Assembly: GCA_965224085.1 (NCBI GenBank)
Contig: CBDCYI010000011.1
Coordinates: 224,001 to 288,000 of the forward strand
DNA: 64,000 bases
Direction: 5' to 3'
DNA from: Candidatus Marinacidobacterales bacterium
GTDB lineage: Bacteria > Acidobacteriota > Vicinamibacteria > Marinacidobacterales > SMYC01
In this document: positions 62,669 through 64,000 of the stretch, piece by piece
How the letters are laid out: each line of letters begins with the position of its first letter
Position numbering within the stretch: position 1 is the stretch's first letter
The notes under the pieces: model-generated
The model's database searches: none
What the model was told of the DNA's origin: nothing
What the model saw: the letters and a program-made list of their open reading frames with translations, nothing else
Position numbers and translations under genes: made by a program

Positions 62669-64000
62669 CCATGTTTACCCTTTATGGGCACCCTAACGCT
62701 CGTAAGTGACTGAATTCAAAGGAACGGGGGTTGAATTTGCCCAAAACGTAGAGACAGATATTGTGCTTTTAGCGCCATTAATACGTTGTAATCGTGGACA
62801 ATGATATGTAGTATGCGTGAGGACAGGTTATGTTCTTCCGCATCGTTCGGGCCGCAGGCGGCAAAGGGGTTCAACATGAGTATGTCCGCCTGGTCGAGTC
62901 GTATCGGGAGCACGGCAAGCCGAAGCAACGCGTAGTGTGCAACTTGGGGCGCAAGGATCTCCTAGTTGCCAATCTCGACTCCCTCAATCGGTTGCTTGGG
63001 GCCGGTGAACCGGCCGACACCGAGCGAGCAGCCGAGCAGATCGCGGGGGCAGACGCGTGGGATTGGGGTCCGATGGTGGTGACGGCGACGCTGTGGCGCG
63101 AGCTCGGACTGGAGCAGATTCTCGACCGGCTCGGAGGCCGCGGCAAGCGCGACGGAGTGGCGCTAAGCGAGCGAGCTTTGGTGCTGGTCGCCAACCGGCT
63201 ATGTGCTCCGTCAAGCGAGCACGGTCTGGCGCGCTGGCTCGAGACCGACTTCGTCTGCGACCGGCAGGGGCGGCGGTGGGTGCCGCAGTGGCGCGATGAT
63301 GGGGAGCGGCGAGCGAGTCGCTCCCCGCGGGTTCGCGTGGAGTTTTGCCAACTCAAGCAATGGTACCGAACGCTCGACCAGCTGCATGCCCGCAAAGAAC
63401 AGATCGAGAAAGAGCTGTTTTTGCGCTTGCGGGATCTGTTTTCGCTTGAGGTTGACATGGTGTTTTACGACCTGACGTCGACGTACTTCGAAGGTCAAGG
63501 CCCTCCGGGGCTCGGCGCCCACGGCTACAGTCGCGACCGCAGACCGCGTAACCGGCAAGTGCTTGTCGGTCTGGTGATGGTGGACGGTTGGCCGATCGCC
63601 CACCATGTTTTCGCCGGCAACTGGCGTGACGCGAAAACGGTGCCGCAGGTGCTCAACGATCTCAACGAACGATTCGGTTTGCACCGCGTGGTTTTTGTCG
63701 GCGACCGAGGGATGGTAACGAGCGACAGCCTGGCGGTGGTGCGCTCGCGCAAGCAGGGCTATCTCGTCGGGCTGCAAAGACGACGGCGCGAGGAGGTCTA
63801 TCGTTACATCGAGCGCGCCAGCGGAGAGTGGATCGACTGCCCTGGTGGCATCACGGTGAGCGAAAAAGCCGAGCCACCTAAGACTCGTGTGCAAGAAGTC
63901 CGCTCCGAGCAGTCTGGCGTGCGCATCTTCGTCGTTCACAGCGACGAAAGGCTCGCCTACGAGCGCGGGCAGAGGCTGCGGGCCATGGGACGTGCCCGTG
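62669..64000 (+). mobile_element. Second copy of IS1634 type A (transposase from 62830; runs off the window)
   Basis: Reverse complement of the first copy's 15032 end inward; one difference noticed, at 62770; preceded by GCTAGC. Confidence 0.95.

Noticed and set aside
13033-64000. Composite transposon bounded by the two inverted IS1634-A copies
   Set aside because: The first copy has its own target duplication inside one gene whose halves rejoin perfectly, so the two insertions are independent.

Overview
GC-rich bacterial chromosome segment. The gene repertoire (DUF3604, DUF5916, kinase/TPR proteins, PilX/PilY1) suggests Acidobacteriota, possibly Vicinamibacteria-like, but that assignment is inference only. 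The region is heavily eroded. More than 20 genes are frameshifted, nonsense-mutated, IS-interrupted or 'telescoped' by internal deletions that keep both termini. Six IS copies or remnants of five types (IS630, two IS1634 types, two ISNCY/IS5-like types) all abut CTAG. Intact-looking genes include a Mo-oxidoreductase, a dihydropyrimidinase-like amidohydrolase, a sterol desaturase, Mut7-C, ThuA, a sialidase-like protein, an iodotyrosine deiodinase, an acyl-CoA ligase, a RimK-like ligase, XdhC, two MFS transporters, MarR, an OmpR-type regulator and an M28 peptidase. The best hidden signals are absent from the ORF track: (1) a leaderless poly-cysteine leader peptide with a complete anti-SD/anti-anti-SD switch ahead of the RimK-like gene (candidate cysteine-sensing attenuator); (2) a CxxU selenocysteine AhpD-like gene with a SECIS-like hairpin directly after the deiodinase; (3) an unassigned ~150-nt multibranched RNA-like structure after pilV; (4) a 138-bp insertion without terminal inverted repeats that splits a DUF5916 gene. 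Single-base frameshifts in homopolymers may be sequencing errors. All family calls come from motif recognition by eye, not from database searches.
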